Positions 11,749-24,757 of a stretch of DNA of 64,000 nt are shown piece after piece. The first letter of the stretch is position 1. Each line of letters begins with the position of its first letter. A program made the translations under genes and the position numbers. Below the pieces are notes generated by a model that saw only the letters and a program-made list of their open reading frames with translations, ran no database searches and was not told the origin of the DNA. Source of the DNA: Dipteris shenzhenensis (Eukaryota); NCBI GenBank assembly GCA_047967505.1, contig CM106538.1. One strand, 5' to 3'.

Positions 11749-12256
11749 TTAGAAGCTTTAGAATCTATTCAGGGAAAAAATCAACATCACCAACCTGATG
11801 TGTAGGTGGTGGAGGGGTTGTCTCTGCAATGCACATAGTTGGTTGGATTCCACCGACTGGACTGGACTACCTACAATCAAGAAGCCGAACTATGGACCGC
11901 CGTTTTTAAACATATTGCTTTAAACCCTTTATACCTTTGAAAAAAGTATGACTTGAAAACTTGCATGTAGCCATAGCTATTCGTGTGTGTGAGTGGGTAA
12001 AGCCGTATGTCGAAAACAACAACCAACTTTCAAATTTTTGCTTTTACTCATTAGACATCGGAGTACACACACACGCTTTCATTGAATAATTTAGAGCTTT
12101 CTAATCCCAACTTCTCATTCTATGCATTATGCCAACATAGAATGGATTTTTAAAATACATCCAAGAGATAATTTGAAAGCTTTCTAAAAATTTACTATAT
12201 CAGCTTTCAACACTCAACTTTTGTTTGTCAGATCTAAGGTCCCCTACCCGTGAAGA

Positions 12257-12321
<65 letters not shown>

Positions 12322-12659
12322 CTAGTACCCATAAAGAAAAAGAACTTGAGCTTGAGAGTCTTTTTTCTCAAATTATTATTAGCTAATCCCATAAAAGTGA
12401 AAAGTTTCCCTATAAATTCAAAATGTTATGCATACATAAAAGAAATATACGCTCTGCCTAATCTTAATTCTATTATTTCCTTGGCCAATACAAACCAAAA
12501 ACTTAAGTTTCCTCTCAAGAGACTATTTATACTATTAAATCTGAGAATTTCTAGTCAAAGAACCTTGTAGAGAAGAGATAAGAGCTGGTACCCATAAAAG
12601 TGCAAATAAAATTTCTATCTCTAAAACAAAACCAAAAATATATAGATATTAATAAATGT

Positions 12660-12725
<66 letters not shown>

Positions 12726-13247
12726 CTCTCTCTAGAAGCTTTAGAATCTATTCAAGGGGGAAATCAGCATCACCAACCTGATGTGTAGGTGGTGGAGGGG
12801 TTGCCTCTGCAATGCGAATAGTTGGCTGGATTCCACCGATTGGACTGGACTACCTATAATCAAGAAGCTGAACCATGGACAATTTTTAAACATATTGCTT
12901 TAAACTCTTTACACCTTTGAAAAAAGTACACCTTTAAAACTTGCATGTAGCCATAGCTATTGGTGTGTGTGTGTGTGGGTAAAGCCATACGAAAACGATG
13001 ACCACCTTTCAAATTGTTGCTTTTCCTCATTAGACATCATAGCACACACACACATGCTTTCATCGGTTAATTTAGAGATTTCTAATCCCAACTTCACATG
13101 TTGTAATAGCCCTTGGAAATAAATTGCTGCAACTTTAAATGATCCACCTTGAGCTAATTATGAAATCCATGCATCCATAAAATTATCAAACATTAGAAAT
13201 TGTACAAAGATATTAAATATTAAATTGATCTCTTTGTCTCTCTTGAA

Positions 13248-13281
<34 letters not shown>

Positions 13282-13800
13282 GAGAGAAAAGAGAGTGAAC
13301 TAAAGCATGCTTTTGGGCCTTCTATTATATGCTAGCATAATGCATAGTACCTAGAGTATTAGTTGGTGCACACCTATTAGTGCATGCATAAAATTATCAA
13401 ACATTAGAAGTTGGACAAAGATATTAAATATTAAATTTATCTCTCTCTCTCTTGAATACACACACATATTGAGAGAGAAAAGAGAGTGAATGGTGCATTA
13501 TGCTAACATATAATAGAAGGCCCACAAGCATGCTTTAGTTCACAAAAGCCAGCAGGAGTGCCTCTAATTAGAAGCCTTTTTAAAAATTTACTCTACAAGA
13601 TTTAGAATCTATTTGAGAGAAAAATCAACATCATCAACCTGATATGTAGATGGTGGAGGTGATGTACATGTAATGCAAACAGTTGGCGAGATTCCAGTGA
13701 CTTGGATTGGACTACCTACAATTAAAAAGCCCAAACAAAAGGGTTAAATCAACTATGGACCCTTTTTTAAACATATTCTTTACACCTTTAAAAAAATTAC
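11304..13800. repeat. Right part of the modular tandem repeat (modules Z-X-Y-X-Z-partial X)
   Basis: X at ~11750-12060, ~12733-13040 and degenerate ~13575-13790; Y at ~12076-12732; Z at ~11321-11750 and ~13057-13450. Confidence 0.85.
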
Positions 13801-14203
13801 GCCTTAAAGGATTGCTTTTAAAAATGATGTGTGGTTTGAGAGAGAATTGAGCTCTTGGCCCGATCCCTACCCAGCACCAAAGTTCTCCTGAGACCCCTCC
13901 ATCATCTCTAGAGACATAAGTTCAAAATGAAGCTATCATTCAACCTCTTGTGTCCAAACATAGAAGTCCAAACATAGACCCCTCCCAACTCTCAGATTTG
14001 CCATGTGGTTGGAGGAGCCCTTAAACAATGGGTGTTGAGAGTAAAATACAGTAACAACTCTCTTTCTCCCTCGTTTTTGTAGTGGCTAAGCCTTGTTCCA
14101 AAGGGGTTTTCACAATACCTTTGATGATTTCAATTACCGAGCTGTTGGATTCTAGCAACGTTGAGGCGTTAGCTTAATAGGTTCTGTGTGTGTGTGTGTG
14201 TGT

Positions 14204-15204
14204 TGTTATGGATAAATTTGACCAAAGTAAAAGGCATAAATATGTGTGTGTGCTTGTATGTGTGGCAATAGTATAATAAAATATGGTGTGCATAAGTCCC
14301 AGGGTTGAGGTGGCAGGGCATGACCATGTGCCACCATTCCATGTAAGAGGACCCATAAGGTGTATTGTACATAATCCATGGTAGTAATAATATAAAATGA
14401 TAAGGTGGCATGGGTGCTCCATGCACCACCCCTCCACCTAGGCAGTCCCATGCCTGCATTTAGTGAGATATGGCCCCAAGACCATGGGAGAAGTAATATA
14501 AAATAGGTGGAGCTTGATATTATATTGGATTATTCCCTCCATGTAGGATAGGCCCATGTGGGGGGGGGGGGTGTAGAAAGTCCAAGAATGCAAGTTAAAT
14601 AATGGGAAAGTAGGATGAGGTGGCAAGATTCCTTGTGCCAACCCTCCACTTGTCCTCCTAGAAGTTTGAAAGTATTATAAAATTGGAAAGAGACTAAGGG
14701 AGTATCTTAGACTTGGGATATGGGGGTTGATGTATGTGGAAAAATAAGGCAAAGGGTTGTCGCACACAATTGAGAGTGCATAACCGCCTAGCCCACATGG
14801 GACACTCTTCCAAACACACCATGCATGTGGGAGGATGCATTTATTGGGAGAGACCCGCGCTCTTGGCTATAAAAGGAGGAAGCTATTCCTTGATGGAACA
14901 CACTCATTCTTGTAAAGCCACCTAGTTAGTTCTTTGATTTCCCCCCCCATCTTTCCAATAAAGCATGACTCTCTTCGCTTGATATCTCCATCTCTATATT
15001 CCACCTCCTATCATGTACATGCTCCTCTTCCCCCTCTTCCTTCCCCCTTGTGCCATAGTCCCCCTCTTCATTCCCACCCCTCTTAATCTTTTTTTCCCCA
15101 CCTATATTAACGCTTGTTCTCTCACGTTCCCTTTTCCTCCATGGCCCTAGTTATCGTCATGCATAGCATCTAGCCTCATGCATTGAATTCTTTTCTAGTT
15201 AATT
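14204..15204 (+). mobile_element. Solo LTR of family A inserted in a (TG)n tract
   Basis: Reverse complement of 10318-11303 over its full length; (TG)n on both sides giving a TGTGT or GTGT duplication; no PBS or PPT adjacent. Confidence 0.92.
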
Positions 15205-17934
15205 GTGTGTGTGTGTGTGTGTGGCTCTCTATCTCTCTTGACTTGCCTACATGAAACAACATTGTTTTCTATTTGGCCTCTCTATCTTATCAGGCTCCCT
15301 CCGCCCACACTCTACTGCCCTCTTCTTGCCTTTCCTTATATTTTTGTGGGTATGAAATGCATGTGATTACCTTTCATACACTTGGAGCCATTGTGTTCTT
15401 TATCCATGCCGACGAACTTTACACAGATCATAACAATGAACAGTAGTTTGTTTTCTGTTTTTATGGGCAGGAAGGATGTGAATTGTGGGAAGTTCATGCT
15501 GACTACGTCTGCAGCCCAAAATGCCAAAATTCTGCAAGAGACGATGTCAATCTTGTCGCAAAACCGTGAATTGGGAGCTCGATCCATCCTCTCCCTCCTC
15601 GATGTCATTGTATCCTCTCATTCCTCTCACGTTTCCCTTAGAGATGACGATAATCCAACAGCATAGACGGCCCTCACATTCACGTACCTTCAATGTCTTT
15701 GATCTGCTTGCCAACCTCTGATTTTGACCCCTCACTTCCTCCATTGCCACTGCACTTGCTGCTTTTGCTTCTTATGCACTCCTTCATGCTTTCTTCTTCC
15801 AATCTGCATCATCCATGGCCCTGCCTCTTGGTTGACACCCTCCTCCACCTCCCCCCACTTCTCTATTATTGCCACCGACCTATAGAAAAGATGGATGGAT
15901 GACCACAATTTGAAAAGGTAGAACGTAGAGGAAACATAGTGTATTCCAAAATTTTTTAGGTGCCACGATTTGTCATTCCAACGATTCCTTGCATTGAAGT
16001 TTTTTTTCCTTGCATGCAAAGCTAAGGCCATCCTTGCATCTCACCATTGGCTCGTCTCCTCTTCCCTTGGAAATGCCCATAATGGTAGCTTTCTGGCTCA
16101 ATTGTCTCGCATTCTGTGTCATTTGTTTTTGTTACAATATTTCTACAGCTCCCAGGCATTCCGCGCTGTCTCGCCCCTCTCAAGTGAAATGGATCACGTC
16201 GTGGGTCTGCAGTACAGCTGGGAAAATCTCATTTGGGTTCAATGGATTGTCATTTGTATCGAATCCTGCGATTCAGATGGCGATCATATATGAGAGCGCA
16301 CGTCATAAACGTCTCTCTATATGAGTCGAGTTGTGCATCCTATTAAATGTTGCGCAACAAATGCACTGCCTGCAAATTCTAAAAATGATTCTCTTGTCTT
16401 AAAGGACGCAAGTTGTGTTCGCTTTCTTCTCTTGCAAGGTCTCATTGAAGTTTTTTTCCTTGCATTGTAGTTTTTTTGTGCGGTTTCCAGACGCTGGTGA
16501 ATGATACTTAGCTACTCAGGTGAAGATAGTTCCCCTTTTGACATATCTCACCTCGCTTCTTGGTGATTTCATATTTGCATCTTCCCGATCGTCATTCCTT
16601 TTATAGCTCCCTACGGGATGATTCAAGCCAGCTCTAGGCTAATATTGTGGAGCAGCCTGAATGTGCGTCCTTCATGAGCGCTTTCTTTCACCCCCCGTGA
16701 GGTACTAATCCTAAACCGCAACCTACAAAGCTTCAAAGCTTGCGAACGCATTGCAACAGAGGAAAGCTAGCAGAGAAATACCTGGAACTCTCTTTGCAAG
16801 GTTGCCTTGTGGGTCGAGTCGCCTTCTCACTTGCTCCTTTCTTGCTACACCTTTTGCAACTTGCGCTTCCTTGTTCACAGCTTCCGCTCCTTTGCTCATA
16901 GCCTGAGCTTCTCTCAAGTTCCAATCGTTTCTTGCTTGAGTAGCCTCCATCTGCTTAGCCTCCATCCCTTCTTGCATGTAATGCTTCATTCTTTCTTTTT
17001 TCTGTGAGTTGAGAGGAAAGCGCGTTTTCGAGAGCGTGTTTTGAAGCACCAAGTGGCATAGAGAGATTGTGTTTTGAAGCACCACGTGGCATATCCATAC
17101 AAATGCCACGCGGAACCTCTCCTTAAAGTATAGTATAGAAGTATAGATAGATGTGTGTGTATGTATGTATATGTTTTTCCCAAATTTTCTTAAAATTCCT
17201 CGAAGGTAACTCTTAGATTTATAAATGAAACTTTAAATTTTATTGTTTGAAACCTAACTTTTTCAATGTAGAGAGTTTTCCACGTATCTTTAAAGCTTCA
17301 GGCAAGAGGGCAAGCTGTTTAAACTTTGGGTGAAGTGGGGGGAACATTTGTTTGGATGGCACAGGAGACGGCACAGCCACGACATGTGGGTGGTAAAAAT
17401 ACGGCCTAAAGAACAGCATTTTGCCATCTGAAGCTCGTAGCCTCGCACAAAATCTACTGCGAGTTCTCTTTTGCTGACGGAAGAACACGACAATGGAAGA
17501 CGACGAAGACTGACCATGAATCACGGTTAGCAGCTCGAGGAAAGAACTACAAAGAAGAGTGTGAGGCATCGCTCTGCCAGTAGCTATCTCGAGGAGGAGG
17601 AGAAGAAGAGTGTGAGGCATCGCTCTGTTAGTACTTAGCTAGCTATCTCGCGCCAGGAGAAGACAAGCTTGCGACACAAGGAGGAGGAGAAGAACCAGCG
17701 ACAGCAGGAGCAAGAAGAAGAAGAAGAAGCAGCAGCAACGGAGGAGGAAAGAGCACTTCGAAGGCGGGTTGAGGTATTTCAGAAAGAACATCAGCTACGT
17801 CGAAGAAGAAGCAAATAGCATGAAAAGATGAAGAGAGGTTGTGGTGCGATGCAGAGACGAGTCGAGATATTTCAGAAAGAAGATCGATCAGCTGCGGTGT
17901 GATGCAGAGACGAAGCACCAGGCCGACTACAACG

Positions 17935-20446
17935 ATGATGACGAAGAAGAAGCACCTCCTCTCAGCTCTCAGCTTCTGCGTTCTCATCCTGCTCCATCTC
18001 TTTGCAGCAGCAGCAGCTGCTTCGTCCTCGTTCGACATCGATGAAGCCACAATCGCAGATATCCATGCGGCCTTCGCATCAGGAACACTCACCTCCACTC
18101 GCCTCGTCCACCTCTACCTCGCCCGCATCGCCGCCCTCAATCCCCGTCTTCACGCTGTCATCGAAGTCAACCCCGACGCTCTGCTTCTCGCTCGTAAGGC
18201 GGATCGCGAGAGGAAGAAAGCGGGCCGGCGCGGTCGCCGGGGTCGATCATCCCACCAGCTCGCTGCACTTCATGGCATTCCCGTGCTTTTGAAGGACAAC
18301 ATCGCCACTCTCGATAAGCTCAACACCACTGCTGGCTCCTTCGCTCTGCTTGGCTCCCAGGTGCCACGGGATGCAGCTGTGGTTGCCAGGCTACGCAGAG
18401 CTGGAGCCATCATCTTGGGAAAGGCGAATCTCAGTGAATGGGCCAATTTTCGCTCCACCAATTCTTCCAACGGGTGGAGCGCCCGTGGAGGACAGACCAA
18501 GGTATCCAACAATCCAAGTTCCTCTACACTCTCATCGTCTAGTTGATCGATTGCATTTCACATGTGTGATTTCTCTCCTCGCGCTTTGCTAGAACCCTTA
18601 TGTTCTCAGCGCCGATCCTTGCGGTTCCAGCTCTGGCTCAGCTGTGGGTGTGGCAGCAAATCTCGCGTCTGTGTCTCTAGGGACTGAAACCGACGGATCG
18701 ATCATTTGTCCGGCGTCTCGAAATGCCGTCGTTGGTGTCAAGCCCACCGTTGGTCTTACCAGTAGATCAGGGGTCGTTCCGGTTTCTCACCATCAGGACA
18801 CCGTGGGGTAGGAATTTTTCAACGCCCAATGCTTCAATTTCCATTCCAGTCCATGCTCTTATGATTGGAACGCTTGTTCCAGCCCTTTGTGCAGAACCGT
18901 GACGGATGCTGTCAAGGTTCTGGATGCAATTGTAGGCTTTGATCGATTGGACGCTGCTACAGCCACTGCTTCCCATTTCATCCCGAAAGGAGGATACACG
19001 CAGTTTTTAAAAGTGCATGGGCTTCGTGGGAAGCGGCTTGGAATTGTGCGGCATCCATTTTTTTACCTCGAAACGGATCTCAGCGAGCAACCCGCTTTCG
19101 ACGAGCTTCTCCTCCTCATGAAGTACCCCTCCATCTTCTGTGCATGCTCTGTTGATCATTTTCTTTGCGATTATCATGTAGTTAATTGTCAATACACTAT
19201 CCTACTTTGGTGCCTCACAGGAAGAAGGGAGCCCAGATTGTTGATAATCTGACTATTGCGACAGTGGATGAGATAACAGCTGGGCAGTTTGAGAAGACAG
19301 TTCTTATCACCGATTTCAAGCAAGACCTCCACGAGTACTTGGAGCAGTTAATAGTGTCGCCAGTAAGGACATTAGCAGATGTGATTGCATTTGACAACAA
19401 GCATTCTAAGGAGGTTAGATTCTCGACCCCCGGCACGGACACGTCTCATATTTTTGAACGCACCAAAGCCTCACCATGCAATTGTTGTTTTAGAGCAGCG
19501 CATCTGCAAGCAGTGTTTGCTCTCTGTCTGGCTTCTTAATTACTCCTGTTTAGTGGGCGTTCTGCTAGGAAGCCAATCTGCAGCAACTGGATCCATATGG
19601 TGTCCGAAGGATTTTCTTCTTAAGCTTCATATCCCTCTATCGATCATTGAATTTAGCTTTAAGTATCCATCTTTGCTTTCTTCGCTCGGTTCTTGGATAT
19701 ATTATAATCAAATATCGGACCTTTCGCCCTTCTTGATTTGCAAATCGAATCATAGAGGGTTTCCTCGTGGAAGGGGTTTAGAAGATTGCCCGCACAGTTT
19801 GTTTCTAAGGGGTAGAGTCATCTATCTTATCCAAGTGAGTGGTTCAAGCATTGTTCCCTTTTCTATTTCTTCTTCCTTCCAAGTTCCAGATGAGAAACAC
19901 TATTGTCCCTTCGTGACATCTTCTAAACTCTGCTTATATCCATAGACCCTTTGATTTTTGTTGTGGTACCAGAACGAATCAAGTACTATACTCTTGTAAG
20001 CAGTTTGCAACATACATTTCTTTCAATGGGCGTCTCTACTTTATTCAAGAAATCTTATGGGTTTTTGCTGGTTTGTGGTCGGCCAGGAGGAGATTTCTCG
20101 GTTCGGGCAGGAAATCTTCTATGAATCTGAGAAGACAAAGGGGTTCGGTTCGAAGGTTTACAGGGAAGCCGTGGAGGGGGATGGTGAACTAACGAAGAAG
20201 GGAATCGACAGGCTAATGAAAGAGAGGAAGCTGGATGCGATAGCGGCACCATCGTACACATCGATAACGTCAGTGGCGGCCATAGCTGGATATCCTGGAA
20301 TCTCTGTGCCGGCAGGGTACACTGAAGGGGTGCCATTTGGCATATGCTTTGTGGGTGAGCGTGGAAGTGAGGGCAGACTTATCGAAATAGCCTACTCGTT
20401 AGAGCAAGCCACGCTCATTCGCAAGCCACCCCTTTACTTCACGTAA
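17935..20446 (+). CDS. Amidase-signature family amidase, plant At4g34880-like; exons 17935-18501, 18593-18807, 18883-19122, 19221-19413, 20087-20446 (524 aa; alternative in-frame ATG at 17902)
   Basis: LHGIPVLLKDN (catalytic Lys), GKANLSEW, PCGSSSGS, GTETDGSI (Ser-cisSer-Lys triad), GYPGISVPAG...PFGICF; all four introns GT-AG with consistent phases and an open frame; hydrophobic N-terminal signal-like segment. Confidence 0.93.
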
Positions 20447-21116
20447 GGGTTAACTTTGAACCACTCCCTTATCTACAACCTTACTCTTGGCCCAACTCAA
20501 CCCTTGCTCCTTTGTGCTTAATCTAACTCTATTTAGAATAAAGGTCCCAGTAATTCTAAAGTTGCCATTAGTCAAAGTCTTAGGATATAGAGAGGGATTT
20601 CGAGCTTACTCAAATGGATAGCCCTCCCCTTTACAGGTGGTCAGTTGGATATCCTTTACTGAGATTATCTTCCATGTCCTTGCTCCTTTCATCGGCCTTG
20701 AACTTGATCTAACTCTAGGTAAGATAGAGGACCAAGTAATTGTACACCCTCTATTGTTTGAATGGATATCCCTCCCCTTCACCTCACCTTAAGAGGTGCT
20801 TGGATGGAGCTCCTTCAGTAAGAAATGGCCAAGAATTCATCTTCTGATGTCCAAATTCTTTATAGAAACACCCTTAATTGTGTAAAGTTTATGTACCTAT
20901 AGAGAAAAATCAACCTCAAAATGAAAACTTCACTAATATTGTCGTACTTATGGTATATATATCTTATGATATCAACAAGTCTATCCACAATGATTGCCAC
21001 TCACTGTGAGCATACTTGTTTTGGTATCATGTTGTGATCTTGTCATTGTGTGTGTTCGATCCTTGGATTGACTTTGACTTGAGCCTGATTGGCTTGTTGC
21101 ATCCTTGCTTTGATGT

Positions 21117-21120
<4 letters not shown>

Positions 21121-21160
<40 letters not shown>
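21121..21160. repeat. (TC)n microsatellite
   Basis: Direct read. Confidence 0.95.
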
Positions 21161-21164
<4 letters not shown>

Positions 21165-24156
21165 TTCTGTACTTATGTCATTTGTGCGTTTTAACATTAA
21201 AGATTTTATATTTTGGACCGCATAAGGTGTAAGACATGTCAATATTGTAAGAGTCAAGAAAGCAAAGAATAGAGTATAGTAAACAAAGCAATAGCTACGA
21301 CAACCAACTAAGAGAAGAGTTGACCAAGAATTGACCTAGGAGTGATTAGGAAAAAGTGTGCCCTCAACTAGGCACCTTTTTCCATTTTATTAATCCCCTT
21401 GGTAATTACATTACAATTGTAAACAAATGTCTGGAGGAACCCTTTACATCAACCCTTCTACAATCTCTTTACATCCATTCTTACATGTACATACATGTCC
21501 TACATGTCACGTCTACTCCTTGCTTCTAGCTAAAATTGTGTGCAAATGAAACATCTTCATTCTTGCTATATGTCTTTCGAGAATGAGTACACCTAGTTAA
21601 AGAGTACCTGTGACTTGACATGGGCCAACCCATTTTGCCAAAAAAATAGCCAGCCTTACTTTTTATGTAGGAACATGTAACATTACTAGATCTCCTATGT
21701 GGAACTCTGTGAAGACATGTCGATTATTGTAGTATCTCCTTTGGTGAGCTTGAGATTTTTGTAGATAGGATGCCACATTTTGCCTTATAAACTCAAGGGC
21801 CTCCTGCAAAAACTTGGACCATTGTATTACATCACGATTTTTTTTAAATCCTTGAGTTGATCGGTTGGGAACCTAGGGGGTCTTCCAAACAAAGCTCGAA
21901 GGGACTAATCTGGGTTTAGTCCTGCAATGTCGTATTCTAAGCTGCAAGTACATAAGGCAAACAAACATCCCAATTCTTATGCTGAGGATCTACGTACATG
22001 GTTGTTAAGGCATTAACAACTTGTGGGGTCAGCATAGATCCCAAGGGGCGCAAGTGGCTGCAACCCTTTTGTCAACGGTTGCAATCGCATACGTTGTATA
22101 TCCACGGGACCAAGTATTAGTCCTATTCCATTGTCTAGCTTTGTCTTTTGTCTTTTCACTATGCAAAGGGGTGTTGTCAAGTCTACCCCCCCCCCCCACA
22201 CACACACACACACTTTGCAAATCTCTTTGCATTTGCAAGCGGTTGCATCGTCCATTCATCTTGACAATTGTTTGCATCTAGCAGAACTTAAGGTAGGGCT
22301 CACGAGTACTTGTACTCACTTGTTTGTTAAATGAGACGAGGAGGCCACACACTTAGTATAATTATTAGTTAAAGAAGATACTCCAAAAAACTTAGGTAGT
22401 TAAACACATTCTTCTTTAGTAGTAAAAAGGGGAGTGTCATCACATTTTAATTTAATAAATTAAGCATATAAATTCTTTTATATATTAAACTATGTATTTA
22501 TATTTTTACTTATAAAATTAAGATACTTTATAAATAAAAGTAAAAAAATTATATGGTTATTATTTTTATATGATAAATAAAATATTAAGGCCTTTCGTGA
22601 AAAGCTGTTTATAAAAAGGAAACCAACAGCGGGCCATTTTGTAGAAATTACTTTGTGGAAACTTTATAGAAGTTGATCTTGGATAAGTCCTGAAGAGGGG
22701 AGTCTACCTACCTACCACCATCCAACAAGAAAAATGATAAGAACCATATTTTAACTTAGTTGGGAAGACACATGTCATAAACACCCCTCCCTTGTTATTG
22801 GGATCACAATAAAAGGGCTTAACCATAAACTTAAATAGCTCAGTGTAAAATTACTAGTGTGAAAGGATGGGTATTTGTGGAATGGCATGAAACCAAATTG
22901 GGTTTAATAAGGGGGGGAGGGGGGGGGGAGGGGTTGTTAAAAAATTGACCAAGTGGTAAAATTTATTCGATCTTGATTAAACCTTATGAGTGTTGAGCAA
23001 CATGGAGAAGCTATAAGTGAGATTTGGGTTTTAGATTATAGAGGGTAGTTTTGGGAATCTTTAATCAAAGAATTGGCAAGAAAGTGAGATTTCAAGTTAT
23101 GAGAGAGTAAAAGGGTAAATTAAGATGAGAACAATAGTCAAATAAATGAGATGAAAATTAAAAAATAGAAGTGATAACTACTATGATGGGGTAAGTGTTA
23201 GAAGCAAGAAGGAGAAACTAAGTTTTAAGAAATGAGGAAGAAAGTTGATAAAAGGATTTTTAAAGAAAATTAAAGAAAATTTTAACGAAAGAAACTTAAA
23301 GAAAGGATAAGGAAGAAAGACATTTAGAATCTAAACACCAATGAGAAAAGGACAGGAAAAGAGAGGGGTGCATTACATCTTCACAAAATGAGAAAAATAA
23401 AAGAACAGGGTGTTTTAAATCATTGAAAGATGTAAGGAAAGGGAGTTTAAATCAATTAAAATTGTTAAAAAAAGAAAAGGGGGGGGGTAAATAATTAAAG
23501 AAAGGGGGGTTATAAAATATTGAAAAGAAGAAGGGGGAGGGGGGGCATAAATTTAAAAAATAGAAGGACATGGGAGTCCATAGTACGTGGGATGGCGCAA
23601 ATGAGGGAATGTGTGCAGAGGACAGTGGGCTGGTGGGTTACTACAGAGAAGGTGAGGGTTGTGAGGCACCAAATCCAAGACAGTGAGATGCAATCAAGCT
23701 GCATTGGTCCGTGAGTAGAGTCTGGACTCTGTAGATAGGCAAAGCAATTTGTAGTTATTAGACATGCGAGCATAAGGGGTACCTGGTAGTCCAAGACAAT
23801 CAAATTTAAGCAAATGGTAGACTTTAAGCCGTGCGTACGCAAGTGGAAGGACGAGCAGCGTCAGCATCAATTTTTTGAGTACTGCAACATGGGTTCTGAA
23901 ATAGGCAGTCTGCAAATTGGGATAGGCAGTAGATAGCAGGGTGTGATAAAGGGCGTATGGGTGACTATGAAGGAGAGTAGGGGGTTTAAATAGTGTAGGT
24001 AGTCAGGGGAGAGGGGAGAAGTCGATCATCTAGCATTGTGGTAGTAGGAAGGTCTGGAGATAGAGTAGATGTCGGGGGGTTAGGGTTGGTTAGGGGGTTT
24101 TAGGTTTGAGGAGGGTAGCTTAGGTGAGGCTTGTGAGGGTAAGGTAGGGAAGGTAG

Positions 24157-24757
24157 TGTGACATGAAGTTGGGGGTAATGAAACTTCACGCACCTCTTAG
24201 CTTCCTGCTCTTTCCAATCTTAATAATAGGGACCCTTATCACTTGCAAAGAGAGAGGAAGAAAATATTTTCATGCAAAGAAAACCACAACATGTCTTTCT
24301 CTTTGCTTCCTTTAGAGAAGAATGAATATGGTAACATCCCGAGTGATGTGTAGTCCAGCATCGGCAGAAGAAAAGGATTCGCAGAGGCCATTATCTCACC
24401 AAGCCGGGCCGGCACCAAAGAGAAGAGTGATACGTTGTTGTAAGAAGATCTTTTGGCTCCACATGACATGAACTGATATATATCTAGGGGCTTGAAGGAG
24501 CTGATTTGGCTGGATGGGTAAATTCCGGGGAAACATGGCACCTCCTTCATAGAAGCCTCTAGAAATGGCTCAAAATCATTCTACAAATTGCTAGAAAACA
24601 CAGAGGTCTATAACTTCTACCAAAAGACTGATATCAGAAATTATAGTACATTATAAGGATGTGCCTTGAAGTGAGCTTTGTACTGATATAAGTTTTGTTG
24701 AAAACAGATAACTGGTTGAAGAGATATGGACAGTTTACTGAAAGGGGGTAGAAACTC
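24157..24757 (-). repeat. 3' portion of LTR family B, inverted
   Basis: Reverse complement of about 29300-29897, ending ...CATGTCACA. Confidence 0.88.

Noticed and set aside
15300-17110. Possible degenerate DNA-transposon (hAT-like) coding remnant on the minus strand
   Set aside because: Only faint motif resemblance across many stops, with no TIR or TSD found; needs a profile search.
17643-18098. Antisense ORF overlapping amidase exon 1
   Set aside because: Shadow ORF of a GC-rich coding exon; low complexity, no motifs.
21228-22018. Possible solo LTR downstream of the amidase gene
   Set aside because: TG and CA candidate ends exist, but I found no matching TSD and no second copy in the window.
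24075-24110. Telomere-like repeats (also CCCTAATCCTAA near 46844)
   Set aside because: Only one or two imperfect units; not an interstitial telomeric array.
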